Assembly: GCF_001194135.2 (NCBI RefSeq)
Contig: NC_068985.1
Location: forward strand, 116,089,936-116,134,770
DNA from: Octopus bimaculoides
Taxonomy: Eukaryota
Direction: 5' to 3'
Length of the DNA: 44,835 nucleotides
The notes under the pieces are model-generated. The model did not search any database. It was given only the letters and a program-made list of their open reading frames with translations, and was not told the origin of the DNA. Numbering within the stretch: position 1 is the stretch's first letter; each line of letters opens with the position of its first letter. The translations under genes were made by a program, and so were the position numbers. Positions 24,150 to 37,315 of the stretch are shown piece by piece.

Positions 24150-24789
24150 CACGTACACAGATGCACACTCAGATATATGCATTCAAGTGTACGCCACACA
24201 TTCATTCGTACATACATACATTCATGCATATATACATACGTACATGTGTGTGTATTCATCTACATGAATACATGTGTATATACCCCCCCACACACACACG
24301 AGCATATATATATACCAAACAGAAAATGGACGTGGGACGTTTCGGCGCATCAGCTTTAGTGCCACTTATTTGGCGTAATTTATTCGACGCTGACACTTGA
24401 GTTTAGTCGCTTTAATTGTTCTCTCGTTTTCACGTTTTTCAGGTTCTCTGGTATTTTACTCTGTTATGTATTTTTTATTCCTATTTCTCCTTCTGCCTCG
24501 AAGTCCCCCTGTCTTCATATCTCCCTGTATCTCTCATTCCCTTTATATTCATATACTTCTGTGTACGCATTTATGTACATGTAAATAAGCGAGTGTTTGA
24601 GTTCGTCAAAATATACTCTCACTAAAACCGATTCAGTATCCAGTGAACCTTGTGAAATCCCCAGCATCCAAGAAACAGCGCCCTTTCGTCTCATTCCTAT
24701 GGAAACCAACTAATTCTAATAATATGAGCTTTAGGTTACGCTTGGAAGAAAAAAAAAACGTGTTCAAACTCCTGGAATTTGTTCTCTAT

Positions 24790-25430
24790 CTTCATCTACG
24801 TAGCCTCTACAGTTGCTAAGAATGCAGTGTGATCCCAGATATCAACCACAAATATGATCTGACCGCCGCGGCCATGTACACCCTATAGAAGCCCCTTAGC
24901 ACCACTGCTTTATCTCCCGGAAAACGAAGCTCCGCAACTACAACTTTCGGCCGTCTCCATTCTCCTCTATAGTGCAGAAGCATGGCACCTCTCAAAGACC
25001 CTAGCACAGAGGTTCGACAGCTTCGATAGCAGAGTCCGAAGAACCATCGAGAACATCAGATGGTACCACCACGATTCGAACACAGAACTGCGTCTGTGCA
25101 TGCATGATCTCGGAGCCACCCACCTCTTACTTATTCGTCGTTTGCGCTGGTACGAACATGTGCCCTGTTTCCCGTTAGATCATCTTACCAGGGATTTGAT
25201 CTCATTTGACGCAGCAGCTGCGAGCTGAAAGAGGCCGCGTGGTTGGCTCCGCACCAGATGGCTGGACACGATTGGGGTGGATCTCCGGATGCTCGTCGTC
25301 AAATTGAAGGATGCAGAGGGGCTGGCACGAGACCGTTAGCGTTGGAGAGCCGTAGTGGACCTGGTCAGCAATATGCATTATAACGTCTCTGGGACTACTA
25401 AGCCGGGATGTCCCCAGCCCCAACATGTTC
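24790..25430 (+). mobile_element. 5'-truncated RTE-like LINE (RT C-terminal region, pseudogene)
   Basis: Hand translation: FIYVAST..DIN, ISRKTKLRNYN/AVSILLYSAEAWHL, FDSRVRRTIENIRW..SNTEL..RRLRWYEHV..*KRPRGWLRTRWLDTIGVDL..LARDR*RWRAVV. Confidence 0.87.
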
Positions 25431-26017
25431 ATGAAAGAAGCAAAAATGCAAGTTCTAAAAACATGAACATCCTTTCATCGTACTTCCATCGAGGAAAAAA
25501 TTAGGACACGTATGTTTCTTTTTTAATACTGCAGTTTGTTTAATGTGAATATTTCTTCCTAGAGGGCTAACACATTGAATGACAATGTGAAAGCAGTTCG
25601 TCGACACAATAGCTAAAAACACCATGCTTATTATGTAATATTCATAAACAAATGTGTTAATATCTCTGTCCCTTTCCTATAGAATTGAATTCAGCACTGC
25701 GAAGTATTGAATAATTTTTGTGTTTTCTTCTTCGTTTTCGCATGAGCCGATGGAAGGAAATAGTATGCCACATATAAGAATAGAAAAATATTTCTACTAG
25801 CGTGTGTTGTCGTTTACATTGTCCAGCGAGACATCAGGTCTACAACGTATCTAGCACAACAAAAGCACCAATCTGCTGTTGAACATGAGGTTAGACTATC
25901 CATTAAAACCATATCTACAACGCATTTTATGAATGTGTTTGCATGAATGTGTGTACGGACATCTATCTATCAATCTATCTATCTATCTACACATATATAT
26001 ATATGCATGCATGTATG

Positions 26018-26070
<53 letters not shown>

Positions 26071-26477
26071 NNNNNNNNNNNNNNNNNNNNNNNNNNNNNN
26101 NNNNNNNNNNNNNNNNNNNNNNNNNNNNNNNNNNNNNNNNNNNNNNNNNNNNNNNNNNNNNNNNNNNNNNNNNNNNNNNNNNNNNNNNNNNNNNNNNNNN
26201 NNNNNNNNNNNNNNNNNNNNNNNNNNNNNNNNNNNNNNNNNNNNNNNNNNNNNNNNNNNNNNNNNNNNNNNNNNNNNNNNNNNNNNNNNNNNNNNNNNNN
26301 NNNNNNNNNNNNNNNNNNNNNNNNNNNNNNNNNNNNNNNNNNNNNNNNNNNNNNNNNNNNNNNNNNNNNNNNNNNNNATATGTATGTATGTATGTAGGTA
26401 TATATGCTCTCAAATACACAAACACCTATTTCGATTTCGTGTCATGCAATAAATACATGAAACGAGAAAATACAACT

Positions 26478-26481
26478 ACTG

Positions 26482-26571
<90 letters not shown>

Positions 26572-26572
26572 T
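26478..26572. repeat. Compound (ACT)n-(AAT)n microsatellite
   Basis: Read directly. Confidence 0.95.
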
Positions 26573-27015
26573 CATTAACAATAGCAATAACAACAGCAAC
26601 ACTTCACCTATCTGCTAGGTACTTAAACTGACACGAAATCATAAATGATTGAATCCTGCTGTTGGTCTGCCAATAATCTCCTCCTCATCTAAGGGAAATC
26701 TAGATAAAAACAAAAGACAAGGTGAGAAAATTACAGCTGCCGGACCGTTGGCAAAGCATATTAATGCATGCAATATTCACGACGATGACAAATTATCAGG
26801 CATCGACAAACCAAAACGGTGTGGATATTTTCATGAGAAAACCTTATTTCATACTATAATAACATAAAACAAAATGAAAGAAAGTAGAGTAAAGGAAATC
26901 TATTGGAGGTGTGCTCACAATCTAAGAAGGGTATACTGGCATGACTCTTCGTACGTACATGGGTGTGCACGTACATATACATATATACAACACAACACAT
27001 ACCACACACACACAC

Positions 27016-27054
<39 letters not shown>

Positions 27055-28055
27055 TGTATTTATGTATGCGTATGTATATACATATATATGTTCGTTTATA
27101 TGTATGTGTATATATACATATACACACACACACACACANNNNNNNNNNNNNNNNNNNNNNNNNNNNNNNNNNNNNNNNNNNNNNNNNNNNNNNNNNNNNN
27201 NNNNNNNNNNNNNNNNNNNNNNNNNNNNNNNNNNNNNNNNNNNNNNNNNNNNNNNNNNNNNNNNNNNNNNNNNNNNNNNNNNNNNNNNNNNNNNNNNNNN
27301 NNNNNNNNNNNNNNNNNNNNNNNNNNNNNNNNNNNNNNNNNNNNNNNNNNNNNNNNNNNNNNNNNNNNNNNNNNNNNNNNNNNNNNNNNNNNNNNNNNNN
27401 NNNNNNNNNNNNNNNNNNNNNNNNNNNNNNNNNNNNNNNNNNNNNNNNNNNNNNNNNNNNNNNNNNNNNNNNNNNNNNNNNNNNNNNNNNNNNNNNNNNN
27501 NNNNNNNNNNNNNNNNNNNNNNNNNNNNNNNNNNNNNNNNNNNNNNNNNNNNNNNNNNNNNNNNNNNNNNNNNNNNNNNNNNNNNNNNNNNNNNNNNNNN
27601 NNNNNNNNNNNNNNNNNNNNNNNNNNNNNNNNNNNNNNNNNNNNNNNNNNNNNNNNNNNNNNNNNNNNNNNNNNNNNNNNNNNNNNNNNNNNNNNNNNNN
27701 NNNNNNNNNNNNNNNNNNNNNNNNNNNNNNNNNNNNNNNNNNNNNNNNNNNNNNNNNNNNNNNNNNNNNNNNNNNNNNNNNNNNNNNNNNNNNNNNNNNN
27801 NNNNNNNNNNNNNNNNNNNNNNNNNNNNNNNNNNNNNNNNNNNNNNNNNNNNNNNNNNNNNNNNNNNNNNNNNNNNNNNNNNNNNNNNNNNNNNNNNNNN
27901 NNNNNNNNNNNNNNNNNNNNNNNNNNNNNNNNNNNNNNNNNNNNNNNNNNNNNNNNNNNNNNNNNNNNNNNNNNNNNNNNNNNNNNNNNNNNNNNNNNNN
28001 NNNNNNNNNNNNNNNNNNNNNNNNNNNNNNNNNNNNNNNNNNNNNNNNNNNNNNN

Positions 28056-28088
<33 letters not shown>

Positions 28089-29508
28089 CACGCACACAAA
28101 CACACACATATATATATATTTATATATAAGCATGCATACATATGCACAGACATAAATATACCTTGGTGAGGATTACGCAGCAAATGTGCTGCTGTATGTA
28201 AAGCTGTAGGTGTGGGTAATATTTTCCAATAGTTGCTCTAAGGTCATCTTTTGCTTTAACTGCTGCAGAATTGGCTGTGAGTGAACCCTGTGTTGGATAT
28301 CGGATTTTGAGGAACGACATTTTTTGTGGATATCTGCATTTCAGGAAATACATCATGTTGGAATTTAAAAGTAGGTCACCGGACACTTACTCAAAAATTG
28401 ACATCTGGTTTACGTCTGCTTGACATCGAATCATTGTAACGTAGGTTCTCTGCCTTATAGTTAACATTTTTGTTTTCTCTTTTACAAGAGTTTCTTGTTT
28501 GAAGGTTATTTTCCCCAGCAACAACTGACAAACGGTCTAGTGTTCAGCTTAATAAATGCCAGAATAAATTATTATTTCGGCCAGGAACACCTGGGTATCT
28601 GTTATTACAAGATACGTAGTTTTTTTGTTTGTTTTAAGATTATTTTTTCTCTCGTAGCTGATCGAGTACTTTTCTCGATATATTACGAGCATTACCTTAT
28701 AATATATGCTACTCATTGAATTTCCCTGACAAACAGTAACTCATCGAAGATACCCATTTCTTATGGACTACCGCTGTTTCTCTCTTAGCCCATCTGCGAT
28801 ATACTCGTCCACAGTCATTTCACTGATCAACACACTTTTTATTTCTCATTCTTCCTAATTCGGTTTCATCGATGTTAAAATCGAAAGTTTTACAATCCAC
28901 AACTTTGTGAACATAAAACATTTCCTGCACGGGATATTCCAAACACCTTCGATCCCTTACGTATTTGCAAACGACCAAACACTCTGTCATCGCTGCACTC
29001 TTACTCCTTTATTTTATATCTTTACCATGATTGTCTACCTTACATCCATATATACATAAATATACTACACAATACGGCCATCTTCACGACCCTCTGGCAC
29101 TTTCAGCCAGTTAACAAGCGTCTCAGAAATAAATTTTCTTTATATCTTACCTTTTCTAACTTTTTCACTTTTTCTGTCAATAGTTTAAAAATACGCTGCA
29201 GAACATCCCATTCCCCATGAAAATTAAGTCAGCTGAGAATATTGCCTATTTGCTGGTATCCATGACAGGATACGTAATATCGCAACTGTCGAATCAGAAA
29301 CATGTCGCCGGGTAATTGAAATCAGTTAAAAGTAAAAGAATTAATAACACCTCACATCAACAGCTGGGGTATATTAATATTACCTACATATTACAACCTT
29401 AACAGTTTCACATACAGCAACACATTTGCTACATAATCCTCACTCACTTTCCCTCACTCTTAACTTCTCCTTTTCTCTCCCCCTCACTCCTCTCTCTCTC
29501 CCCCTCTC

Positions 29509-29541
<33 letters not shown>

Positions 29542-30910
29542 GAGGATTGTCCAACCTTTGTAAATACTCTTCACTGTTACACGTTCTTAAGAAGTAAGTC
29601 AGTATCCCTGACCCCCTTCCAAATACTGTCCCATCGCTTTCATTGCTATTGCATATGCCAAAGGATAGCATTCCAGTAGCTCTATATCTTCCAACTTGAA
29701 TCTCTGTTCCAGTCTAATATCTGCAACAAATCTTGCTCGTCTATTAGAGTCTGCGTAGAATAGTAAATATTATGCTATCAACATTTCATAAACCACTCTG
29801 AAACAGCTGGTGAACTTTAGTGGAAATCATCGTAAGGGTTGAATATAATTTTATTGCGACCCCTTAAATATATTTACTGCATTCTGTTCTTAGTTATTAG
29901 ATTTATCTCCTACTTAAAGACATCTAACCGGCCTGTTGTAGTCTTTGGCTCCTGTCTCTCATTTTTGAAAAATAATTTCTTCCCTTCATCTTTCCTTTCA
30001 AGAGAACCTGAAAATAGCCACGGTCCATATCATTCGTCGTCTGTTTAAGCCAGTAAATAAAATCAAAAGGTATCAAATTAGTAAGCTTATTCTAGGACTG
30101 AAAATATTTTTTTTCACTAACTGGTTTACTAAGAATTAGTAACTGAACACCAACAGTATATTGTTATATACTCTACTTAATGTTATCATCCAATTAGTGG
30201 ATCCGTCCAAAAAGTGGTTTCCATAGCAGTTAACTGTTTTGTATATTTTCACACTCCCAAATCAGGCCCAATTTAGCAGATATTTGATCCGAATTGCACC
30301 CTACCCTACCGTATGTGAATAGAAGTTGGGGTTACACTGCACAACTCATTCTTAAGACAGCTGTAACTGACTTGATAGATATAGCTGTTACTTCTAGCAG
30401 GTCTACCGAACATGTTGAGATTGCTGCTATTATTTAGGTGGCTTTCGAAAGAAGGTTTGATTTATGGATTTTGGTGTTGCCAAGAAGAATGTATAGCTTA
30501 GAATTTACCATCCAATTTTCTCTCGTTTTCTCCGTTCCCTATACAATAACAAACTGCCGACAAGGTCAGTCATTTATCAATTAGCGAACGAAGACAATTA
30601 CGTAATATATCTCTTTCTATTGGAATACACAGCATCTTTGCAAAAGAGTTAAGTGCTTTAGCTAACACAATATTTATATCTAACACTGGCGCAGCGTCAC
30701 GTATTCGGTGAAGAGAATAACACATTTCGGCATAAGTCATTTGGCGCCGCTTACTTGGCGCCGCTAATCCCACTCTGACATATTTGATATCAAACATTTT
30801 GTTTCTCTGGATTTCTTCCTCCTTACCGCCTCTCTATCTCTGTCATTCTCTGTCTGTATGTCTGTCTACCAGTTTCTATCTCTCTCTCTTTCTCTCTCTC
30901 TCTCTCTTTC

Positions 30911-31029
<119 letters not shown>

Positions 31030-31200
31030 ATTTCCTTATGTGTGTGAGCATATTTTTCGTTATGTATATGAGTGGAAGGAAAGGGTTTGTCAGTCGTGTT
31101 CAATTAACAGCCTTTAATCTCTCATTCTCTCTCTCTCTTTCACCCACACTTTCACTCTCTCTCTCTCTCTCCCTCTCTCTCTCTCTTTGTGCCTATCTAT

Positions 31201-31234
<34 letters not shown>

Positions 31235-31509
31235 GTCCATCTAACTAGCCCTCTCTATATGTATGTGTATATTTCTGCGCGTGCCTGTGTGCATTTTGCC
31301 AAAGCACGCTGAATATCCAGTCAGCTGTGCGAAATCGTCTGAGTCCAAACAGCTGCCAAATAATCTCTTCCGTTTGGGGAAGCATTCAGTTGGTTCCATC
31401 AACCGCAGTACTTAACTGGCACCTATTTTATCTATTCCAAGCGCAAGTAAAACAAACTGAAATTTAGAAGATTGCAACACATATACTTTGTCACTCTACT
31501 GAATATGAC

Positions 31510-31690
31510 TGGTGCCTGTGTGTTTATGTCTCGGTAAACTAGCGATTCATCAAAAGACCGATAGAACAGGTAACAGACTTTTTAAAAAAATGAGTACTGG
31601 GTTAGATACATTCGACTACAAATTTCTTCAAGGCGGTGCCCCAGCATGGCCGCGTTAGTCTAACTACTGAAGCAAATAAAAAGTAAAAGA
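31510..31690 (+). mobile_element. SINE family C 3' portion
   Basis: gtgtttatgtctcggtaaactagcg..gaccgatagaa..tcaaggcggtgccccagcatggccgc..actgaagcaaataaaaagtaaaaga. Confidence 0.7.
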
Positions 31691-32916
31691 AAAAGTTTTT
31701 TTTTCCTATTAAATCGAACATTTTTTATCTCATTCTTTCATTAGAATTTCTGTTGCTTATTCCGTGATATCTAGCTGAAACTAACGAAATGTGCAAGAAT
31801 TTTAGCTGCTCCAAGACTTATAATGCGACGTCAGAACACGAAGATCTACAATTCTTAGTATTGTTCGTCCATATCTAAATACACTAATCTTTCTCTTGTG
31901 TCTTTCACTCTTTCCCTCTCTCTATTGTTCATGTTCTCTCCCTCCCCTTATGTTTGTATCTACGAAATGATTGTTCTCATCCATAAACACTAATTTATTT
32001 CTCTCTTACTGATTCTGTCTTTCTATTTCGCTCTCTTTTTCACTTTGCCACTGTCTTTCTACCTCTTGTTCTCTCACTGCCCCCTTCTGTCTATCTCTAT
32101 GTCTCTCTCTAATTCTCCGTCTCTGTCCTTCTCCCTCTTCCTCTCTCTCTCTATCGGTCCTCTCTCTCTTTCCTTTTCCCTCATTTATTCTCTGTATATG
32201 TATGCATGTGTTTGCGTCTAAGTCTGTGCGTCTGTACACGTGTGCATTTTCTGAACCATTCATGTGTGTATCTGTCTGCGTTTGTCTCTATGTACGTACG
32301 TACGTATGTGTGTGCGTGTGTGTGTGTGTGTGTGTTTGTGTGTGTGTATGTGTGTATGTTTGTGTGTGTGTGTGTGTATGGTTGTGTGTGTGTGTGTGTG
32401 TATGTGTGCCTGCGTGTGTGTGAGTGTGTGTGCGCGCGCGCGTTACACATTTATACAATGAAAAAGTATCTCTGAAAATGACCGTCAATGGTTTTTCACT
32501 TTCTCGATAACTTGAACAATGAAAATCAACGAATAAACGTCTGAGTACCCGCTTTAATGGTGTGTAGACCTTTTAATGCAATTCACTGACAGGATCCACG
32601 TGACACGCAAGGCGTGGCTAGTCCTATGAAGCATTGTTTCAATCTGATGTGATTCTGTACCGTTTTCTTTTATCCAATTTGATTTAAAAGGCAGAGGTTG
32701 ACTCGATGAAAAAAAACTTGGGTCTTCTCCAAGTATCCTCCTAATGAGATGTATCTGAGGTTGCATTATTGAGAGGCGAACCTGTTAACCCGTCCGACAT
32801 AGCGATTTCATATATATATATGGACACGCATGCGTAGACACATACAATAGGAATACAAAATACAAAATGGCTGATAGTTAGCAAGGTGAGACACACATAA
32901 GAAAGAAGGAAACAAA

Positions 32917-32961
32917 GGACCACTGATGAGGTCACAGAAGTGTGACGAAAGAACTCTGGCC
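32917..32961 (+). ncRNA. Minimal type I hammerhead ribozyme candidate (Penelope/retrozyme type)
   Basis: CCA(32920-22)-CTGATGA(32923-29)-G-GTCACA-gaag-TGTGAC(32931-46)-GAAA(32947-50)-GAAC-TC|-TGG(32957-59). Stem I CCA/TGG, perfect 6-bp stem II, core motifs intact, predicted cleavage after C32956. Confidence 0.7.
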
Positions 32962-33065
32962 GAAATGAGATNNNNNNNNNNAAGCTGAAAAAAAAAAAAA
33001 ATAACACCAAATATACAGTGCGTGTGTTTTTATTGGCTAAACTGGCAATATGACCATCCCCAAGT

Positions 33066-33105
<40 letters not shown>

Positions 33106-33334
33106 TATGTATGTATGTATGTATGTATGAATGAATACAAATATGTGTGTGCGTGTATGTGCGCGTGCGTACGTGTGAACGTGGGGATGTTTGATGGTTA
33201 GAGAGTTATACTCAGGACCACAACATCATGAATGCTTGCATAAAAACAAGACAAAATATCACATCCAACATCTAAAATATTTCATGAAATAAAATTTTTC
33301 AATTAGCTTATGGCTGACAGATAACATTTAAATC

Positions 33335-33925
33335 AAATTACCCGCCGACACTTACCACTACGGTTTCAAGACGACACCGGGAGGTGGAACATTCACTGGT
33401 AGCAGTGTCCATATGAAATCTTCGAGCACCTCTTTAGTCTTCGCCATCAACACAGAGAATGGTTAGTGTTTTTTTCTGAATTGCACTTGACAGACATTCA
33501 TCCATGGGATTATAATCGAAGCAGTTAGGAGTCTAAATATTAGCGTTCGTGAAATCGTAGAAATTCTCCGACAACCGCTTCAGACTTTTTCTAGATGTAT
33601 CGCAAGGAACCAAATTCTATGGCCTTCGTTCAGCGATCCACTTCAGCCGGAGATTGACTATAGTTTCAACAGCTTCAAATAACCGTGTGAATTGAGGCTA
33701 ACGCAATACTGAAAGAGATGAGGATGTATTGGAAGGCGTTGATGGAGTTAGAACGCCTACTGTTCTCTTTCATGTTGCTACAAACATCGTAGTCATCGTC
33801 GCAGCTGTCCATGAGAAGTCTTACAGCATTCACAGGGTTCACATAGTATTGATCGGAAGTCATAATGTCGACATTTGATACTCGGTGCGAATAATCATCA
33901 TGCAGGTGACATTTTTTCAATATTC
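33335..33925 (-). mobile_element. Tc1/mariner-superfamily (maT/DD37D-like) transposase remnant, internally deleted
   Basis: Minus-strand hand translation: N-terminal-like NAVRLLMDSCDDDYDV..ENSRRSNSI joined to PHLFQYCVSLNSHGYLKLL/TIVNLRLKWIAERRP*..PCDTSRKSLKRLSENFYDF..TPNCFDYNPMD (WPPNSPDxNPxD equivalent)..LMAKTKEVLED..RCRLETVV..GG*FD. The subfamily assignment is tentative. Confidence 0.8.
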
Positions 33926-34004
33926 AAATGGCTTCACTTCCATGTACGTTAATTTATTTTTCTCATCTAGAAATTAAATGTTTATTCTTCCTAAAGCCGT
34001 TGAT

Positions 34005-34392
34005 TATGTACGTATGGCACTCTGTCGGTAAACTACGGCGAGGGTTCAAGTTGATCCGATCAACGGTACAGCTTGCTCGTGAAATTAACTTGCAAGTAGC
34101 TGAGCACTCCACAGGCACACGTACCCTTAACGTAGTTCTCGGGGAAATACGGCGTGACATAGAGTGTGACAAAGCTGGCCCTTTAAAATACAGGTACAAC
34201 AGAAACTGGAAGAAAGACTGAGAGAAAGTTGTGGTGAAAGAGTACAGTAGGGTTCGCTACCACCACCACCCTCTGCCGGAGCCTCGTGGATCTTCAGGTG
34301 TCTTTGCTCAATAAACACTCACAACGTCCGGTCTGGGACTCGAAACGTCCGCGAGTCCGCTACCCTAACCACTGGGCTATTGCGCCTCCACA
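34005..34392 (-). mobile_element. Full-length tRNA-derived SINE, family D
   Basis: Minus strand starts gtggaggcgcaatagcccagtggttagggtagcggactcgcg..gtttcgagtcccagacc (A- and B-box-like), followed by a ~330-bp body ending ..gacagagtgccatac. Confidence 0.82.
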
Positions 34393-34634
34393 TTTATTAT
34401 ACAACAAGCTGTTTCTCAAAACAGCTTGGCTCGAAACAGCGTAGGCTCGAAACAACGTAGGCTCGAAACGTAACCGTTGTTTCCATTCTTCCCGAGCGTT
34501 AAACGAAAACACGGCTTGTTCCTACAGCCGTCTTCGTATTTTCTTTTCTGTAAATTCCGTAAATTCTGTAAATAATAAAAGAATAGAAGAATATATATGT
34601 GTGCTTCTATGTGTGTGTGTGTGTGTGTGTGTGT

Positions 34635-35008
34635 TCTTTTATTCTTTTCCTTGTTTCAATCCTTTGACTGTGGCCATGCGGGAGCATCGCCTTTAATCCA
34701 GCAAATCGACCTCACTACTTATTCTTTGTAAGCCTAGTACTTATTCTATCAGTTACTTTGGCCGAACCGCTAAGTTAGGGGACATAAACACACCAGCATC
34801 GGTTGTCAAACGTTGGTGGTGCGACAAACACAGACACACAAGCATGATGGGCTTCTTTCAGTTTCCGTCTACCAAATCCACTCACAAGACTTTGTTAGAC
34901 GTGAGGCTATAGTAGAAGACACTTGCCTAAGATGCCACGCAGTGGGACTGAACCCGGAAACATGTGGTTGGGAAGCAGGCTCCATACCACAAAGCCACGC
35001 CTGCGCCT
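34635..35008 (-). mobile_element. Full-length SINE family C
   Basis: Head aggcgcaggcgtggctttgtgg..gggttcagtcccactgcgtggc, core, short internal TG-rich linker, tail ..cgcatggccacagtcaaagg..aagaataaaagaa. Confidence 0.88.
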
Positions 35009-35706
35009 GTAACAATATATGCTTATATATCAGGGTTGTATTGTCCTCTTTTCTAAAGCTGGAAAGACTGGAGTAACATAAAAAAGAAGTGTGCTCAAGA
35101 ACATAACGCAAACTCCATCGGGAGTGAAACCCTATAAAAACTAGGCAACGTGCCTTCATGAATCTGGGATGACCTGCAGCTAAAATACCGCCACCGATCA
35201 GAAAAACATCAGCAACAACGACAACATCATTATTAACACAACCACAAGAGCAACAACATCAATAACTCTAGGTTATTTTAATTCTATAGTCCGCAGAGTG
35301 AACTCAGAAATTAAATCACGTTCATAGGTGTCTTGTGTGCCAAATCCACATTAAACATTACTACTGTCACTGCGTTGAATCATTCACTGCCAAAATTCCG
35401 TTGAATGTAACAATCATGTTGAATGACACTCTCTAACTATAGCGACTGCTCCTAAATACGTCATGCATATGTACACGCTGTCAGACACACATGCAATGAT
35501 ATAAAACACTGCCAAGCAATCATATAACTGTCCATGTTTGTGTGTGTGTGTGTGTGTGTGTGTAGCACACACATACAAACATGTGTATACATACATATAT
35601 ATATATATATATTATATGTGTGTATATATAATTGTGAATATACATATATAGGTATATATATATATATACACATACATACGTGCACATACATACACATACA
35701 TACATG

Positions 35707-35747
<41 letters not shown>

Positions 35748-36523
35748 ACATATATGTATATGTATATACACATATACATACACACACACATACATACAGA
35801 CACATATATATATATGTGTGTGTGTATAAATGTATACAAATATACATACATGCAGGCAAAATGCGTGTGTGCCTATTTGGGAGTTTGTGTCTGTGTCTGT
35901 ATGTATTCATGTATACACTTCTATTAATAAATACATGCTTATAATATATACATACACTCATGCGCATACATATATTTATAAGTATATGCGTGTGTCTGTT
36001 TATGTGTAACTTTTCCTCTGCGTCTTTTTGTGTGGTGCGCGTGTATAAATTAAATTCGTAGGAGATTAGAAATGTAAACATTCAAATGCTAAGCGGACGT
36101 GTTGCATGTGTATATACATACACACTATTTGTCACCACATATACACACTATTTATAATGTTAGATATATACCTTTTGTCAGGTATACACACGTATAAGAC
36201 AGATTCAGTACTAATACAGTAATACCATATTACAGGATTCGATACGCAGCTACACACACATACACACACATGCACACACATACACGCACACACACACATA
36301 CAACACACACTCATGGAAGGGCGTACACACATTACATGCACACAAAAGCACATACAAATGGACACATATATACACGTGTGTAAACACGAGTACCTATGTA
36401 CTCCGAACTATGATTAAAGCTCTACGCAGTTTTGTTTCCTCAAAATGGCAATCAAATATCCTTCAGCTAGTAACCCAAAGTATGTGAAAATCAATGATAT
36501 ATTTGAAAAATTTCGACATAGTT

Positions 36524-36625
36524 ATACTGTACCTGGAAAATATTTTAAGTTGCTATCACAATTAGAAAGCTTTTCGCTGTCGATCTCCTTGTTCAGCAAT
36601 CAACTCCGTTAATCTAGAGTCGATC
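36524..36625 (+). repeat. Unclassified interspersed repeat, copy 1 (second copy at 37738-37850)
   Basis: Both begin atactgtacctggaaaa(a)tat and remain alignable for ~100 bp. Confidence 0.7.
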
Positions 36626-37212
36626 GCTCATCTTTTTACTTGGAGTTAGGGAAAGGTCCTTCTACAATCCACCTATTTTCTAGAAATAACACCATAATAT
36701 TCTTCTGCTAGCAACCCACTGTCTTTGAATATGAAGGATATACTGAAGCATTTCAACGTATCATTCAACGACGGTAGTGGTTGAATATATTCTTAAGTCC
36801 ACCATTTCGTCAATGGTAGCAGCTTCTAAGCTTCACCAGTAATTCAGTTCTCAACTAAATTGCAAAGTGTTAACAGTTTTAAATAGGACACCTCCTCAGC
36901 TACACCTTGTTTGACACTTGGTTCAGTAGAAAAAAAAGTTACGCCAAAATATCTGCGACCTCAATGGGGGCAGTAAAGCACCTATTCACCATCAATTAAC
37001 ATAAATGTTTTAATTTTAGATTAAAAGAATTTCTTTGTTAGGCTTAAATGATAGAAAACTGCATGAGCAATTCAGAATCACTAGTTGCATTGAACAAAAT
37101 TTAGTAGAAGAGTTATGAGGTAAAATGTTACGAAATTTCATGTCAGTGAGTAAGAGAGTAGCACTTCAGCTATAAGAATAAAGAATATATTTCTAAAATC
37201 AACATTTACTTT

Positions 37213-37315
37213 CCAAGGCGGTGAGCTGGCAGAAACGTTAACGCGCTTGTTGAAATGCTTAGCAGTATTTCGTCTGTCTTTACATTTTTGAGTTCAAATT
37301 TCGCCGAGGTCGACT
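37213..37315 (+). mobile_element. SINE family A head (3'-truncated)
   Basis: aaggcggtgagctggcagaaacgttaac..gagttcaaatttcgccgaggtcgact, then an abrupt loss of similarity. Confidence 0.8.

Noticed and set aside
5950-28183. Many ORFs with [12 protein letters not shown] runs and X stretches
   Set aside because: Dinucleotide microsatellites plus assembly gaps; not coding evidence.
29600-29760. ~55-codon minus-strand open frame after an acceptor-like ttctacgcag
   Set aside because: No recognisable domain, only a weak donor, and no neighbouring supported exons.
30740-30767. Tandem TTGGCGCCGC x2
   Set aside because: A simple 14-bp duplication with no supporting structure.
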